From Eledone cirrhosa (taxonomy: Eukaryota): DNA of 64,000 nt. Within the stretch, counting starts at the first letter, position 1. Each line of letters opens with the position of its first letter. The notes beneath the pieces were generated by a model. The model did not search any database, was not told the origin of the DNA, and was given only the letters and a program-made list of their open reading frames with translations. Both the position numbers and the translations under genes were made by a program. The stretch spans positions 339,884,001-339,948,000 of the forward strand of contig OZ024742.1 of the NCBI GenBank assembly GCA_964016885.1, in the 5' to 3' direction. This document shows, piece by piece, positions 42,074 to 55,426 of the stretch.

Positions 42074-42545
42074 TCCTATATATATTCTTTTAATTATATA
42101 TTCTTTTAAGAATGTATAGACCTCAATTTTTAATTTTTAATTTTTAATTTATAGATCTCAATAATTTAATCAAATTTAAACATTAGATAAAATTCTCCGG
42201 TTATTACTATTTATTTATTTATTTACTTTGCGTAATTCATCCAATATATATTTATCTTTTCGCTTCATCATCTCATAAAATTACGTTAATACAACACTCT
42301 CTCACTTAGGGTTTTCTCTGTTTTCTTTTGTTTTTTTTTTGGTTCTTTCTTTTTCCTTTTCCTTTTCTTTTTTCCCTATTCCAACGGCTTAATTTAAATG
42401 TAGGGGATTTAAACCTTTCTGACACTAATTTGCATAATAGACCAATAATAAAATTAGTAACCCCACTATCCGGGAGCTTCCAACCGACATGGTTGCATTC
42501 TTTAAGGGTATGTCAATATTTGTTTATAAAACTGATCTATATTAT

Positions 42546-42608
42546 ATTTCATCTGATGAAAGCGCACCATAATTTTCTTTGGTGTCCTTGAAATATGTAT
42601 AATGAAAT
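42546..42608 (+). ncRNA. Type I hammerhead ribozyme in right pLTR
   Basis: atttcat-CTGATGA-aagcgcacca..tggtgtcctt-GAAA-tatgtATA-atgaaat; 7-bp stem I. Confidence 0.88.
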
Positions 42609-42679
42609 AAATATGGTTTTATAAATATAGTTTCCATTTGTTAATATATTGTGTATATATATATATATATCTTTTAATC

Positions 42680-43471
42680 TTTTAATCTTATAGTCTGGTT
42701 TAATTGGTTTTGTGTGTGGTTGATTATGCTAATTGGGAGAGGAAATGGTGTATCTATATTATCAAATGATTCTATGGACATATTTTATAGTATATTGCTC
42801 TGATTATTTAATTTATTAATTCATCATTGAGCCACACCGTCAATGGTTGCTAAAACATATATATCTGTGACTTTGTCTAGTTTGTGTATATGTAAATCTT
42901 TATATTTGATAATCTCCCATAAGGTTGAGATGCAATTTGGGCAATATTGGGCTGCGCTTTCTACCAACCAGCCCACTCGCCGTAAGCCACCAATCACATT
43001 CTTTCTGACTTGACCACTGCCACGTCACAGTTCTTAGTCATTTTGAATTCGTTTCTGGCGGGGATCACTTCAGTAAATTCTTTGTCCAAGTGAGATTCTT
43101 TCCTGATGAGTTCGAAGCTCGAGAATTTATCCTTGATAGGATATTTCCGAAAACGAACGAAACCCTAAGGTTAGAAACGTAATCCTGGTATGTGTATATG
43201 CATTTTTTCTTTTAACTTTAATTTTATACCTAATTGTGTATGGTTGATGGTATATTTAATCGATTTCCACGTGCTATTAAAATGTTGGGTAAATATTCTA
43301 TAGCGGTTGATCGCGAATAAATTGCTGTCGTTTATTTATCTACTATTTCTTCATAGGTGCTTTTTAATATTATAGTCTGGTTTAATTGTTTTTTTGTGTG
43401 GTTGATTATGCTAATTGGGAGAGGAAATGGTGTATATATATTATCACATGATTCTATGGACATACTTTATA

Positions 43472-43474
<3 letters not shown>
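42680..43474 (+). mobile_element. Non-coding element with ~113-bp terminal direct repeats (period 682 bp) and an internal hammerhead
   Basis: tatagtctggtttaattg..ttctatggacata..ttatagta at 42689 and 43371; (TA)n on both sides. Confidence 0.8.
43099..43177 (+). ncRNA. Type I hammerhead with long stem II
   Basis: tttc-CTGATGA-gttcg..atcct tgat aggat..cgaac-GAAA-ccctaaggt-TA-gaaa; one stem III mismatch. Confidence 0.75.
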
Positions 43475-43517
<43 letters not shown>

Positions 43518-43789
43518 CTATACAAATCTGTATAAAACTGTGATCCTTTAAGTTTCCATAACGATTCTCACTGAGTTCGGTGTTATGGGTGGTTATCAAG
43601 TTGGTATAATGGTAACGCCGGTCCTGTATATAAGACTTCTTGTATAATACGACCTATATTTGGTAAAAATATTAATTTATTCATTTATAACGTGGCTATA
43701 ACGTTTGAGAAATATAATTAGGCCTATCATAATGGTTAACAATTTTTAGTGGGAGGGGACATGTCAATTAAATCGACTCCAGTATATTA

Positions 43790-43957
43790 ATGATAATTCA
43801 TTTTATCGACCTCGTAAGACAAAGTTAACCTCGGCGGGATTTGAACTTGGAACGTAAAGGAACGTAACTATATTCACATTGAATCAACTCAATTCTACAG
43901 CTGAGTAAACCTCAGTTGTATGCACAATCCTCTAACCATTAAGCCACGCGCCTTCAC
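43790..43957 (-). mobile_element. Degenerate SINE fragments
   Basis: ttttatcgac..aaagttaacctcggcgggatttgaac and ctctaaccattaagccacgcgccttc. Confidence 0.65.
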
Positions 43958-44129
43958 ATTGGGAATTCACCTATAATTATAATTATATATTCTGTGAGGT
44001 CACAGAATGTGTGACGAAAGAACTTTGACAATATACAAACAACTATCTGGTTGTGGAACCAACCAACCAACCAGAAATTTATAAATTCCTAAATTTATAA
44101 ATATAATTATATAATTTTATATATATATA

Positions 44130-44195
<66 letters not shown>

Positions 44196-44202
<7 letters not shown>

Positions 44203-44543
44203 AAAAAGAGATGAAATCGAAAATGCAACTGGAGTTTTATTTTTTAAAAATATATATATATTTATTTGGTTCCTTTACCGGTTTCGCAGTTCTTCTGCTT
44301 TTCAAAAGTAGAGTTGAGATGGAGGGTCAGATGTGAGAAAAACCACAGACCCTCCATCTCAACTCTACTTTTGAAAAGCAGAAGAACTGCGAAACCGGTA
44401 AAGGAACCAAATAAATATATATATATTTTTTTAAAATAAGACTCCAGTTGCATTTTCGGTTTCATCTCTTTTTCTTTATACTTTCACTCGTGTAGGACAC
44501 CTCGGTTATTTTTCAATTTGTAAAAAAAACCTCACTTTCTAAT
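44196..44543. mobile_element. Fold-back element (133-bp arms 44196-44328 / 44348-44480, right tail), U3-A8 hammerhead in both arms
   Basis: Same family as 41521-41834; TTGAAAA at 44371-44377, GAAA at 44391. Confidence 0.92.
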
Positions 44544-44553
44544 ATATATATAT

Positions 44554-44708
44554 ATTAAAATAACAGATTAAAGTTTAAGCAAAAAATCGCTGCTTTCACC
44601 CTTAACGGATCTTCCGAATAAATATTTGCTGTAAGGTTCTTATATATTTGATATATATTTATCCTTATCGAGCCCTCTTTGGATTTTAGTCTTCAAATTT
44701 ATTATTAT
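44554..44708. mobile_element. Second copy of the 27401 family: inverted arm joined directly to the tail
   Basis: attaaaataacagattaaagtttaagc.. and aataaatatttgct..ttagtcttcaaattt shared. Confidence 0.8.
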
Positions 44709-44819
44709 ATATATATATATATTAGTACAGCATTGACGAAGCTTTAGTATACGGCCAAGCTAGCGTATATGCATAATCGGTCTGTAGCTTTAGCACTCGG
44801 ATGAGGTAAGACCCCAGAG

Positions 44820-44882
<63 letters not shown>

Positions 44883-44936
44883 CAGCTATTAAATGAGTTG
44901 ATCACAAATTTGATAATTGTCTAATTTATATATACA

Positions 44937-47900
44937 TAAATTTGTCTGTCTTTGATAGTAGACGTCTTGCACATCGGCTCTTCGATTTGGAATCTTTACT
45001 TGGATTATTTGTGAGTGTATTATTTAAATTGTTTTTCTATTATTGACTCTAACCCCTAGTCTGGGACTGTAGACGTCGGGTAAATATATTTTCACCCCTT
45101 TTGGGGTGAAAAAATGTTTAATTCAAAATGTTCATCGATATCGTTGAAAACGAGGAAGCTATATTGGAAGCTAACGCCACGCCTACCAAAAAAAGCGAGA
45201 AAGAGGGAACAACAATTCAAACTGCTGAACAGCCCCTCCTCTCGAATGAAAAAAACAATATTAATTCGAGTGAAAACCTAAATTTTGAAGAAAAAAATAA
45301 CAAGAAAATAAACACAACAAAAGATGAAACCAACAACATTGCAACAACAAGCAACAAAGACAACAAAGTTTCTTTTGCCCAAACGGTCAAGAAAGCTATC
45401 GAGTACAAGCCCATAGACATCACAAACGCTAAGCAGAAGTTGCTAAATGCCAGAAAATACATATCTTTTGGGGAGGATGGTTCTTTTACGATCAACTCCC
45501 CAGAGAAGTTCGTCAACAGGTATATAGGAATACCATAACCTTCAGGACGATATCCAACACAACAAGAAAGCCAGCTCAATTGACAGAAAGTCAAATTAAG
45601 CTGGTGCTGAAAGACATAAAAGAAGACATACTCTTTATTGAAAGAGGACAGCTGTATGCCAGCATTATGGTCCGAATGAAGGACGAAATGCTGGCTTAAA
45701 AATGTTCGGTGGCACCTATAGTGTCACCACAATACACCTTCTTCCCCACGTATAAAGGAAGAACTCAGAGACTAAGAATGTGGAGCTCAACGCCAGAAGT
45801 AAACATCTGGTCCGTCCTGACAGGATTTACGGACCGAGAAAAGGACATCCTTATATCAGCAGGGGAGTCCACCAGTGGACTGTTCGGGGGGAAAAGTCTG
45901 GAGGTTCTCTTACAGATGACACCTGAGAGAATCGCCGGAATACCCGACCGAGTCCTACTGGATGGGCGAACCTTTATCAATATTACGGTGGAAGGCAGGA
46001 GACACTCATGTTACCACTGCGCTGGCAGAGGTCACCTGAGGACGGCCTGCCCTCTACTAACAACAAAAAAACCACTGCTACAAACACCACAACAACAACA
46101 AAAACAACCAGCACCACCACCACAAAAACAACAAAATACACTACCATCACCACCACAACGACAACAAAAACCAACAACACCACCTCCACCACCACCACCA
46201 CCACAACAACAACATCAACAACAGCTCAAGAAAACAACCCAAAACACGGTCCCACCCAGCCCCTCCCCACAGAACACAAATACAAAAACACACGCAGTTC
46301 ATACACAACCCGGAAATATACCCCTCCCCTCCAATACGGAAGAGGAGTTCATATCGTCGGAAGGCGAGGGGGCTCCCTTCCAAAACTGAAAAGGAAAAAA
46401 CGTACACACACAAACAAAAATAACCCCACCTGACAACACAACACAGACAACAAAACGCAAACTGACTCAAGAACAACAAGCAAAAACAAACACAACACAA
46501 AAACTCTACACATACATAAACAAAAACAATAAAAACGTAACAGAAAAAATAGACAACAACCCTTCGGTACAAACCGAAGGGCCGAATTTTGCAATGGCAA
46601 TGGGACTCCCTAACCTGAAAATGGTGAAAGTCCCACTTGACATTTTCAAAACATTGAAAAACATTTACCCTGAGGACGTGGGGCCACCCTACACCAGGCC
46701 ACTCAACCGCGTCCTCCTGAAAGGTTTTCCCCTCCCCTCCTCAAACACCCACACAATTCCAAACACCCCAACCTCTCCACACACAAATACCCCACCCCCC
46801 CCACCCCCCCTCCACCAACCCCATGGAAACTGAGCAGCCCGGACCCCGGGACGCAGAGAGGTAAGTGCCTCTTTCTTTGCCACCAACATGGCTGTGTTAA
46901 GAGTAGGTTGTCTAAATGCGCGTGGCCTGGGCTCACCTTGGAAGCAAGCTAAACTTCTAAATGACCTCAGGTCACAATGTATAAATGTGATGGCTATTTG
47001 TGAGGCCCGGATCAGCAGCGTGCGACAGCTAGCCCCCACCTTTGATGACTTTGAGATGCACGCATCTCTCTGTCAGCCCGGAGGTGGGGGTGGGGGTGGG
47101 GTTGTCGTTCTGCTGCAAAAACATCTGGGTCTCGCTACACAGACGGTACACTTGGACCCGGAGGGTCGACTCGTGGTTCTGGACCTTGGCAGTGGTGAAG
47201 GCGAAGCTTTTAGGCTTGTCGCCGTATACGCCCCTTTTGGGGCAATGCGGTCGGACTTTTTCCATCGTCTGGAGACTTTTTTAGGGACGACCCGCTCCTT
47301 GCTTTTAGTGGGGGACTGGAATGGTATCCTAGATGCACGTTGGGACTATGTAGGGGCATGTCCCGATAGAGGGGGGTGTAACAGCCTCAAGGGGTTAATC
47401 GGCCGATTTGACCTGGCCGATAGATATCGACTAGATTTTCCGACTGTGCCAACCTGGACTTGGTCAAATAACAGTGGTCAATCTAGATCGTACCTAGATA
47501 GGTTCTTAGTTAGAATTAAGGATAGGGACTTTTAAAGTTGTCCAGAAATGCTCATGGTGGGCTATTCAGACCACAAGTTAGTGACCTGCGTAGTCCACCT
47601 TGATAGAACGCATAGGCAGGGACCCGGTTACTGGAAGCTCAACTTGTCCTTACCGGCAAGTAGAGCTTACAGGGACCGGATTAGAACCTTCGTTAAGGAG
47701 CGGTTGACGGGCGCCATCGTCAACAGCAGGTGGTGGGGCTCTCTAAAAAGAGAGATTAGGGTAGTTTCAATAGCAGTTAGTAAGGAGTTAGCCTCAGATA
47801 GAAATAGGAAGGAAAGGGAGTTGGTAGTTAATGTTGAAGAGGCAATGAGAAGCGGCAACGTGGCCAGAGTGCAAGCGTCGAGAACGGCCTTGAACCAGTT

Positions 47901-49951
47901 CTTCGACGCGAAACACGAAGGCTGCGTTGTCCGAAGCAAAATACGTTCTCTGGTAAACGAGGGGACCAAAGCTGTTAGCTGGGCCCGCGTGACAGAAGCG
48001 AAAAGTGGGATTAGATCCACTATCCGGTCTTTGCGAGACCAGGATGGACGGGTGATCCTTGAACCTAAGCAAATGTGCGAGGCCTTTCAAAGGCACTTTG
48101 CCCGATTGTTCGGGAGGGGTGGGGGGCCGGTTGAAGATGTGGATTTCGGTCCATACCTCGACGGCCTGCCGCGTCTTTCGGACAAAGAGGCGAGGTCCTG
48201 CGACGGACCGATCTCAGCTGCTGAAATAGGGGACGTGCTGAGCCTATGCGGCAAACGCAAATCTCCAGGGCTCGATGGTCTGCCCTACGAACTATATATT
48301 AATATGCCGGACTTGTTCCCCGATCTCCTCGAGGCGGTCTACTGCAACTGGCAACAGAACGGGAGAAATCGCTGTTCTGTGACCAAGGGCGTAGTCTCGC
48401 TAGTGAGGAAGGACGAGAACAAGGGGGATGACATTAGTAATTTTAGGCCCATAACTCTTCTAAATGCAGAGTTAAAGATTTTGGCCAAGGTGTTAGCGAA
48501 GAGGTTGGCGCTTGTCGTGGGGGGCCTGGTGGGAGATGAGCAGACATGCGCTATCCCGTCCAGGTCCATCCACGACAACCTCCACCTCATGCGATACATC
48601 ATAGAGAGGGTTGGGAACGAACCCGGCTTTGGTGGGGCCCTGATAAATTTAGATCAGTCTAAAGCGTTCGATAGGGTGGACCATGGTTACCTGGATGCGG
48701 TGCTAGCGGCGGCTGGGTTCGGACCCGTTTTCAGGGGCTGGATCACTGCCATGCACAGCAGCCGCATCTGCTCTAGAGTCAAGGTGAACGGCTACCTCTC
48801 GGAGCCGTTCGAAATCACCCGCTCCATCCGACAGGGGTGACCTCTCTCTTCCCTTCTGTACGTATTGGCTCTCGAGCCACTACTGCGGAAGTTGGAGTTG
48901 TTGCAGGGCATCCCTTTGGAACCGGGATTGCGCAAAGCGGTGTCGGCCTACGCCTATGACGTAACAGTAATGGTGTCGACCACCGCGGAAATCGAGGCAA
49001 TCGGCACCTTACCGGAGGTGTACGAAAGGTTGACAGGGGCTAAGCTGAACCGGGACAAGTCAGTTGCTTTGAAACTCGGCGAGTGGAGGGGCAAAGCGAT
49101 GTCGTCCGACGGTATCGTCGGACGGTGGACGGAGGGCCCGGTGAAGTTGCTTGGGGTCTGGTTCGAACCGGACCTCCAGGTGGAGAAAAACTGGGGTGAG
49201 GTGACGAATAGGGTGTTTGCACTGACCCAGAAGTGGGCCGAGTGCAAACTATCCCTGAAAGGTCGGGCAGAGGTGGCGAACGCTTACATAGCGTCCGTCA
49301 TCTATTACCGCTTGACTGTCGTGCCTTACCCGGGTGAGATCCTCGCGCACGCATTGGTGCACTGCCCGGGCGATGCCGATCTGTGGGGCTATGTCGAACA
49401 ACTGCTGTAACGGGTGGGACCAATTAGGTTGACCACCGATTCGATTGTAACGATCAAGCCGCCTCCCCCCTTCAAAAATGAAGGAGAGGCGGTCTACCTC
49501 TGTGTAATAGCCATGGTAAAAGAGGTTATATGGTGGACGCGTCTGAAAGGGCTGAGGTCGGACACCTTTCTTTCTGGCCAACAACTGGTCCTTTTCTTCC
49601 GATACCATTTCGGAAGAAGGATCAGGATGGTGAGAGAGGTGCTCCACTCCAGCCAGTTTTATGAAAGGTGGGTGAAAGTTGCGAGAATGGCCCGTGTGAA
49701 TGGGCCTTCTCTCTACCTCAGCCTGTAGGTGGAAAAGGAAGAAGGGAGCACCTTCTCTTTGTGCTCCCGTGGAGAAGGGTTGCACATTTTTTTCGGGGGT
49801 GTGTGTGACCCCAAAACGATCCCTCCCTATTGAGGACCTTCTTGTTATTATTTTGTTTGTTATATTTTTCTTACTCGATTTTTATGTAAAATCCCCCCCC
49901 CCCATGTACATGTCCCTTTCTTTTGTGCCCTCGTGGCAAATAAACAGAAAT
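44937..49951 (+). mobile_element. Full-span, degenerate Tx1-clade LINE (family B) with 20-bp TSD and ~600-bp ORF2 deletion
   Basis: TSD ttgtctaatttatatataca at 44917-44936 and 49952-49971; ORF1 45128-46864; ORF2 46888-49728 with stops and YADD changed to YAYD. Confidence 0.93.
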
Positions 49952-50209
49952 TTGTCTAATTTATATATACACATATATATATGTCTGTCAGTCTGTCAGG
50001 CGATCAGTCTGCCTGTCTGTCTGTCTGTCTGTCTGAGGATAGTAGACGTGTTTCGTATCGCTCCGTGATTTGGATTTTTACCTGCTAATTTTGTGAGTGG
50101 ATTTTTTTGAATTCTTTTGTATAATTAACTGTAACCCCTAGTCTGGGACTCTAGACGTCGGGTAAATATATTTTCACCCCTTTTGGGGTGAAAAATAAAT
50201 ATTTCAGAA

Positions 50210-51960
50210 ATGTTTATCGATATCGTTGATAACGATATCGTCGAAAACGATATCGCCATATTGGAAGCGAACGCCACGCCGACCAAAAAAACAAGCGGGA
50301 AAGAGGGAACAACAGTTCAAACTGTTGAACAACCCCTCCTCTCCAATGAAAAAAAGAATTTCAATTCAAATGAAAAAATTAATTTTCAAGAAAAAAATAA
50401 CACCACAAATAAGGAAACCAACAACATTACAACAACAAACAAAGACAACATTTCTTTTGCCCAAACACTCAGGAGAGCCACGGAATACAAAGCCATTGAC
50501 ATCACGAACGCCAAGGAGAATTTGCTAGAGGCTAGAAAATACGTATCTTTTGGGGAGGATGGTTCTTGTACGATCAACTCCCCAGAAGAAGTGCGTCAAC
50601 AGATTTACAAGAATACCGTAAGCTTCAGAACCATAACCAACGAAACGAGAAAGCCAGCGCAATTGACCGAAAGTCAAATCGAGCTGGTTCTGAAAGAAAT
50701 TAAAAATGATATACTCTTTATTCAAAAAGGAAAGCTGTATGCCAGCATTATGGTCCGAATGAAGGACGAAATGCTGGCTCAGAAATATTCGGTGGCACCT
50801 ATAGTGTCACCACAATACACCTTCTTCCCCACATATAAAGGAAGAAGAACACAAAGGATAAGAATGTGGAGCCCTACGCCAGAAATTAACATCTGGTCCG
50901 TCCTAACAGGATTTACCGACCTAGATAAGGACATACTAATTTCAGCAGGGGAGTCCACCAGTGGACTGTTCGGGGGGAAAAGTCTGGAGGTTCTCTTACA
51001 GATGACACCTGAGAGAATCTCCGGAATACCCGACCGAGTCCTACTGGATGGGCGAACCTACATAAATATCACAGTGGAAGGCAGGAGACCCTCATGTTAC
51101 CACTGCGCTGGCAGAGGTCACCTGAGGACGGCCTGCCCTCTACTAACAACAAAAAAACCACTGCTACAAACACCACAACAACAACAAAAACAACCAGCAC
51201 CACCATCACAAAAACAACAAAATACACTACCATCACCACCAGAACAACAAAAACCAACAACACCACCACCACAACAACAACAACAACATCAACAACAGCT
51301 CAAGAAAACAACCCAAAACACGGTCCCACCCAGCCCCACCCCACAGAACACAAATACAAAACAGTTCATACACAACCCGGAGATATACCCCTCCCCTCCA
51401 ATACGGAAGAGGAGCTCATATCGTCGGAAGACGAGGGGGCTCCCTTCCAAAAAGTAAAAAGAAAAAAACGTACACACACCACACAAACAAAAATAACCCC
51501 ACCTGACAACACAACACAGACAATAAAACGCAAACTCACTCAACAACAACTAGCAAAAACAAACACAACAACACAAAAACTCTACACATACATAAACAAA
51601 AACAATGAAAACCTAACTTTAAAAATAGAAACCAACCCTTCGATACAAACCGAAGGGCCGAATTTCGTAACGGCAATGGGGCTCCCTAACCTGAAAATGG
51701 TGAAAATCCCACTTGACATTTTCAAAACTTTAAAAGACATGTACCCTGAGGACGTGGGCCCACCCTGCACCAGGCCACTCAACCGCGTCCTCCTGAAAGG
51801 TTTTCCCCTCCCCTCCTCAAACACCCACACAACTCCAAAGATCCCAACCCCTCCACACACCAATACCCCCACACCACCACAAACCACCACACCACCCATC
51901 AACCACGCCACCAGCCCCATGGAAACTGAGCGACCCGAACCCCGGGACGCAGAGAGGTAA
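50210..51960 (+). CDS. Tx1 ORF1 (zinc-knuckle protein), one frameshift from a 7-nt deletion near 51360
   Basis: GRRPSCYHCAGRGHLRTACP; comparison with the 46280-46300 paralog shows the deletion. Confidence 0.8.
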
Positions 51961-51983
51961 GTGCTTCTTTCTTTGCCACCAAC

Positions 51984-54900
51984 ATGGCTGTCTTAAGAGT
52001 AGGTTGCTAAATGCGCGTGGCCTGGGCTCACCTTGGAAGCAAGCTAAACTTCTAAGTGACCTCAGGTCACAATGCGTAAATGTGATGGTTATTTGCGAGG
52101 CCCGGATCAGCAGCATGCGACAGCTAACCCCCACCTTTGATGACTTTGAGATGCACGCATCTCTCTGTCAGCCCGGAGGTGGGGGTGGGGGTGGGGTTGT
52201 CGTTCTGCTGCAAAAACATCTGGGTCTCTTTACACAGACGGTACACTTGGACCCGGAGGGTCGACTCGTGATTCTGGACCTTGGCAATGGAGAAGGCGAA
52301 GCTTTTAGGCTTGTCGCCGTATACGCCCCTTTTGGGGCAATGCGGTCGGACTTCTTCCATCGTCTGGAGACTTTTCTAGGGACGTCCAGCTCCTTGCTTT
52401 TAGTGGGGGACTGGAATGGTATCCTAGATGCACGTTGGGACTATGTAGGGGCATGTCCCGATAGAGGGGGGTGTAACAGCCTTAAGGGGTTAATCGGCCG
52501 ATTCGACCTGGCCGATAGATACCGACTAGATTTTCCGACTGTACCAACCTGGACCTGGTCAAATAACAGTGGTCAATCTAGATCGTACCTAGATAGGTTC
52601 TTAGTTAGAATTAAGGATAGGGACTTTTTAAGTTGTCCAGCAATGCTCATGGTGGGCTATTCAGACCACAAGTTAGTGACCTGCGTAGTCCATCTTGATA
52701 GAACGCATAGGCAGGGGCCCGGTTACTGGAAGCTCAACTTGTCCTTACCGGCAAGTAGAGCTTACAGGGACCGGATTAGAACCTTAGTTAAGGAGCAGTT
52801 GACGGGCGCCATCGTCAACAACAGGTGGTGGGGCTCTCTAAAAAGAGAGATTAGAGTAGTTTCAATAGGAGTTAGTAAGGAGTTAGCCTCAGATAGAAAT
52901 AGGAAGGAAAGGGAGTTGGTAGTTAATGTTGAAGAGGCAATGAGAAGCGGCAACGTGGCCAGAGTGCAAGCGTCGAGAACGGTCTTGAACCAGTTCTTCG
53001 ACGCGAAACACGAAGGCTGCGTTGTCCGAAGCAAAATACGTGCTCTGGGAAACGAGGGGACCAAAGCTGTTAGCTGGGCCCGCGTGACAGAAGCGAAAAG
53101 TGGGATTAAATCCACTATCCGGTCTTTGCGAGACCAGGATGAACGGCTGATCCTTGAACCTAAGCAAATGTGCGAGGCCTTTCAAAGGCACTTTGCCCAA
53201 TTGTTCGGGAGGGGCGGGGAGCCGGTTGGAGATGTGGATTTCGGTCCATACCTCGACGGTCTGCCGCGTCTTTCGGACAGGGAGGCGAGGTCCTGCGACG
53301 GGCCGATCTCAGCTGCTGAAATAGGGGACGTGCTGAGCCTATGCGGCAAACGCAAATCTCCAGGACTCTATGGTCTGCCCTACGAACTATATATTAATAT
53401 GCCGGACTTGTTCCCCGATCTCCTCGAGGCGGTCTACTGCAACTGGCAACAGAACGGGAGAATTCCCTGTTCTGTGACCAAGGGCGTAGTCTCGCTAGTG
53501 AGGAAGGACGAGAACAAGGGGGATGACATTAGTAATTTTAGGCCCATAACTCTTCTAAATGCAGAGTTAAAGATTTTGGCGAAGGTGTTAGCGAAGAGGT
53601 TGGCGCTTGTCGTGGGGGGCCTGGTGGGAGATGCGCAGACATGCGCTATCCCGTCCAGGTCCATCCACGACAACCTCCACCTCATGCGATACATCATAGA
53701 GAGGGTTGGGAACGAACCCGGCTTTGGTGGGGCCCTGATAAATTTAGATCAGTCTAAAGCGTTCGATAGGGTGGACCATGGTTACCTGGATGCGGTGCTA
53801 GCGGCGGCTGGGTTCGGACCCGTTTTCAGGGGCTGGATCACTGCCATGCACAGCAGCCGCATCTGCTCTAGAGTCAAGGTGAACGGCTACCTTTCGGAGC
53901 CGTTCGAAATCACCCGCTCCATCCGACAGGGGTGCCCTCTCTCCTCCCTTCTGTATGTATTGACTCTCGAGCCATTACTGCGGAAGTTGGAGTTGTTGCA
54001 GGGCATCCCTTTGGAACCGGGATTGCGCAAAGCGGTGTCGGCCTACGCCGATGACGTAACAGTAATGGTGTCGACCGCCTCGGAAATCGAGGCGATCGGC
54101 ACCTTACTAGAGGAGTACGAAAGGTTGACAGGGGCTAAGCTGAACCGGGACAAGTCAGTCGCTTTGCAACTCGGCGAGTGGAGGGGCAAAGCGATGTCGT
54201 GCGACGGTATCGTCGGACGGTGGACGGAGGGCCCGGTGAAGTTGCTTGGGGTCTGGTTCGGACCGGACCTCCAGGTGGAGAAAAACTGGGGTGAGGTGAC
54301 GAATAGGGTGTTTGCACTGACCCAGAAGTGGGCCGAGTGCAAACTATCCCTAAAAGGTCGGGCGGAGATGGCGAACGCTTACATAGCGTCCGTCATCTAT
54401 TACCGCTTGACTGTCGTGCCTTGCCCGGGTGAGATCCTCGCCAAAATGGAGCGCGCCCTCTTTTATTTCCTTTGGAAGAAGAGGTCTCCTCTAGTGAGGA
54501 GATCCATCTGCTGTCAACACCCTTTGAAAGGAGGGCTGGGGATGCCGTGGCTAAAAATGCGTAAACACGCATTGAGGCTAAGGCACCTCCACGTATTCCT
54601 CACCGGTCAACCGGTGTGGGCCCCGTTTGTGAGGCGAGCCTTCCCGAGGCTCGTCTCGCTCACCGAGCTGCAGTCCTGGGTCAAGCAAAGACCGAGAAAA
54701 CTGGGCGACTGGCACACCGAGTGTGCCCAGGCGCTCACGGCTCTCTGGCAGGCGGACCCGGCTATCGACGGAGACTCCACCTCGTCATTCTATAGAGGGC
54801 TGGTGGTTAGCGGGTGCGACGACGCCCTCGGAGAAGCCCTAGGCATGGAGGAGGACGAACTGGCCAGTCTATTCGGTAGGACTTTCGGCCCGGGACCTAT

Positions 54901-55426
54901 GGACAACTTCCAGAAGTCCTTGGCCTGGCAGTGCTACCGAGGGGCTCTGCCCGTTCGGGATAAGCTCTACAGACACGGGCGCCCGGGTAGGGACCCCTCG
55001 AAAAAGATCTGTCCCAGATGCGTGCGCGACGAGGAAACCGTCGCGCACGCATTGGTGCACTGCCCGGGCGTTGCCGATCTGTGGGGCTATGTCGAACAAC
55101 TGCTGTCACGGGTGGGACCAATTAGGTTGACCACCGAGTCCATTGTAACGATCAAGCCGCCTCCCCCCTTCAAAAATGAAGGAGAGGCGGTCTTCCTCTG
55201 TGTAATAGCCATGGTAAAAGAGGCTATATGGTGGACGCGTCTGAAAGGGCTGAGGTCGGACACCTTTCTCTCCGGCCAACAACTGGTCCTTTTTTTCCGA
55301 TACCATTTCGGAAGAAGGATCAGGATGGAGAGAGAGGTGCTCCACTCCAGCCAGTTTTATGAAAGGTGGGTGAAAGTTGCGAGAATGGCCCGTGTGAATG
55401 GGCCTTCTCTCTACCTCAGCCTGTAG
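51984..55426 (+). CDS. Tx1 ORF2: APE endonuclease, reverse transcriptase, C-terminal Zn-binding; 1140 open codons, 1-nt deletion just after the true ATG
   Basis: LNARGL, GDWN, SYLDRF, SDHK, NFRPITLLN, DQSKAFDRV, IRQGCPLS, YADD, CPRC..HALVHC; paralog reads ggttgtcta, this copy ggttgcta. Confidence 0.93.
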
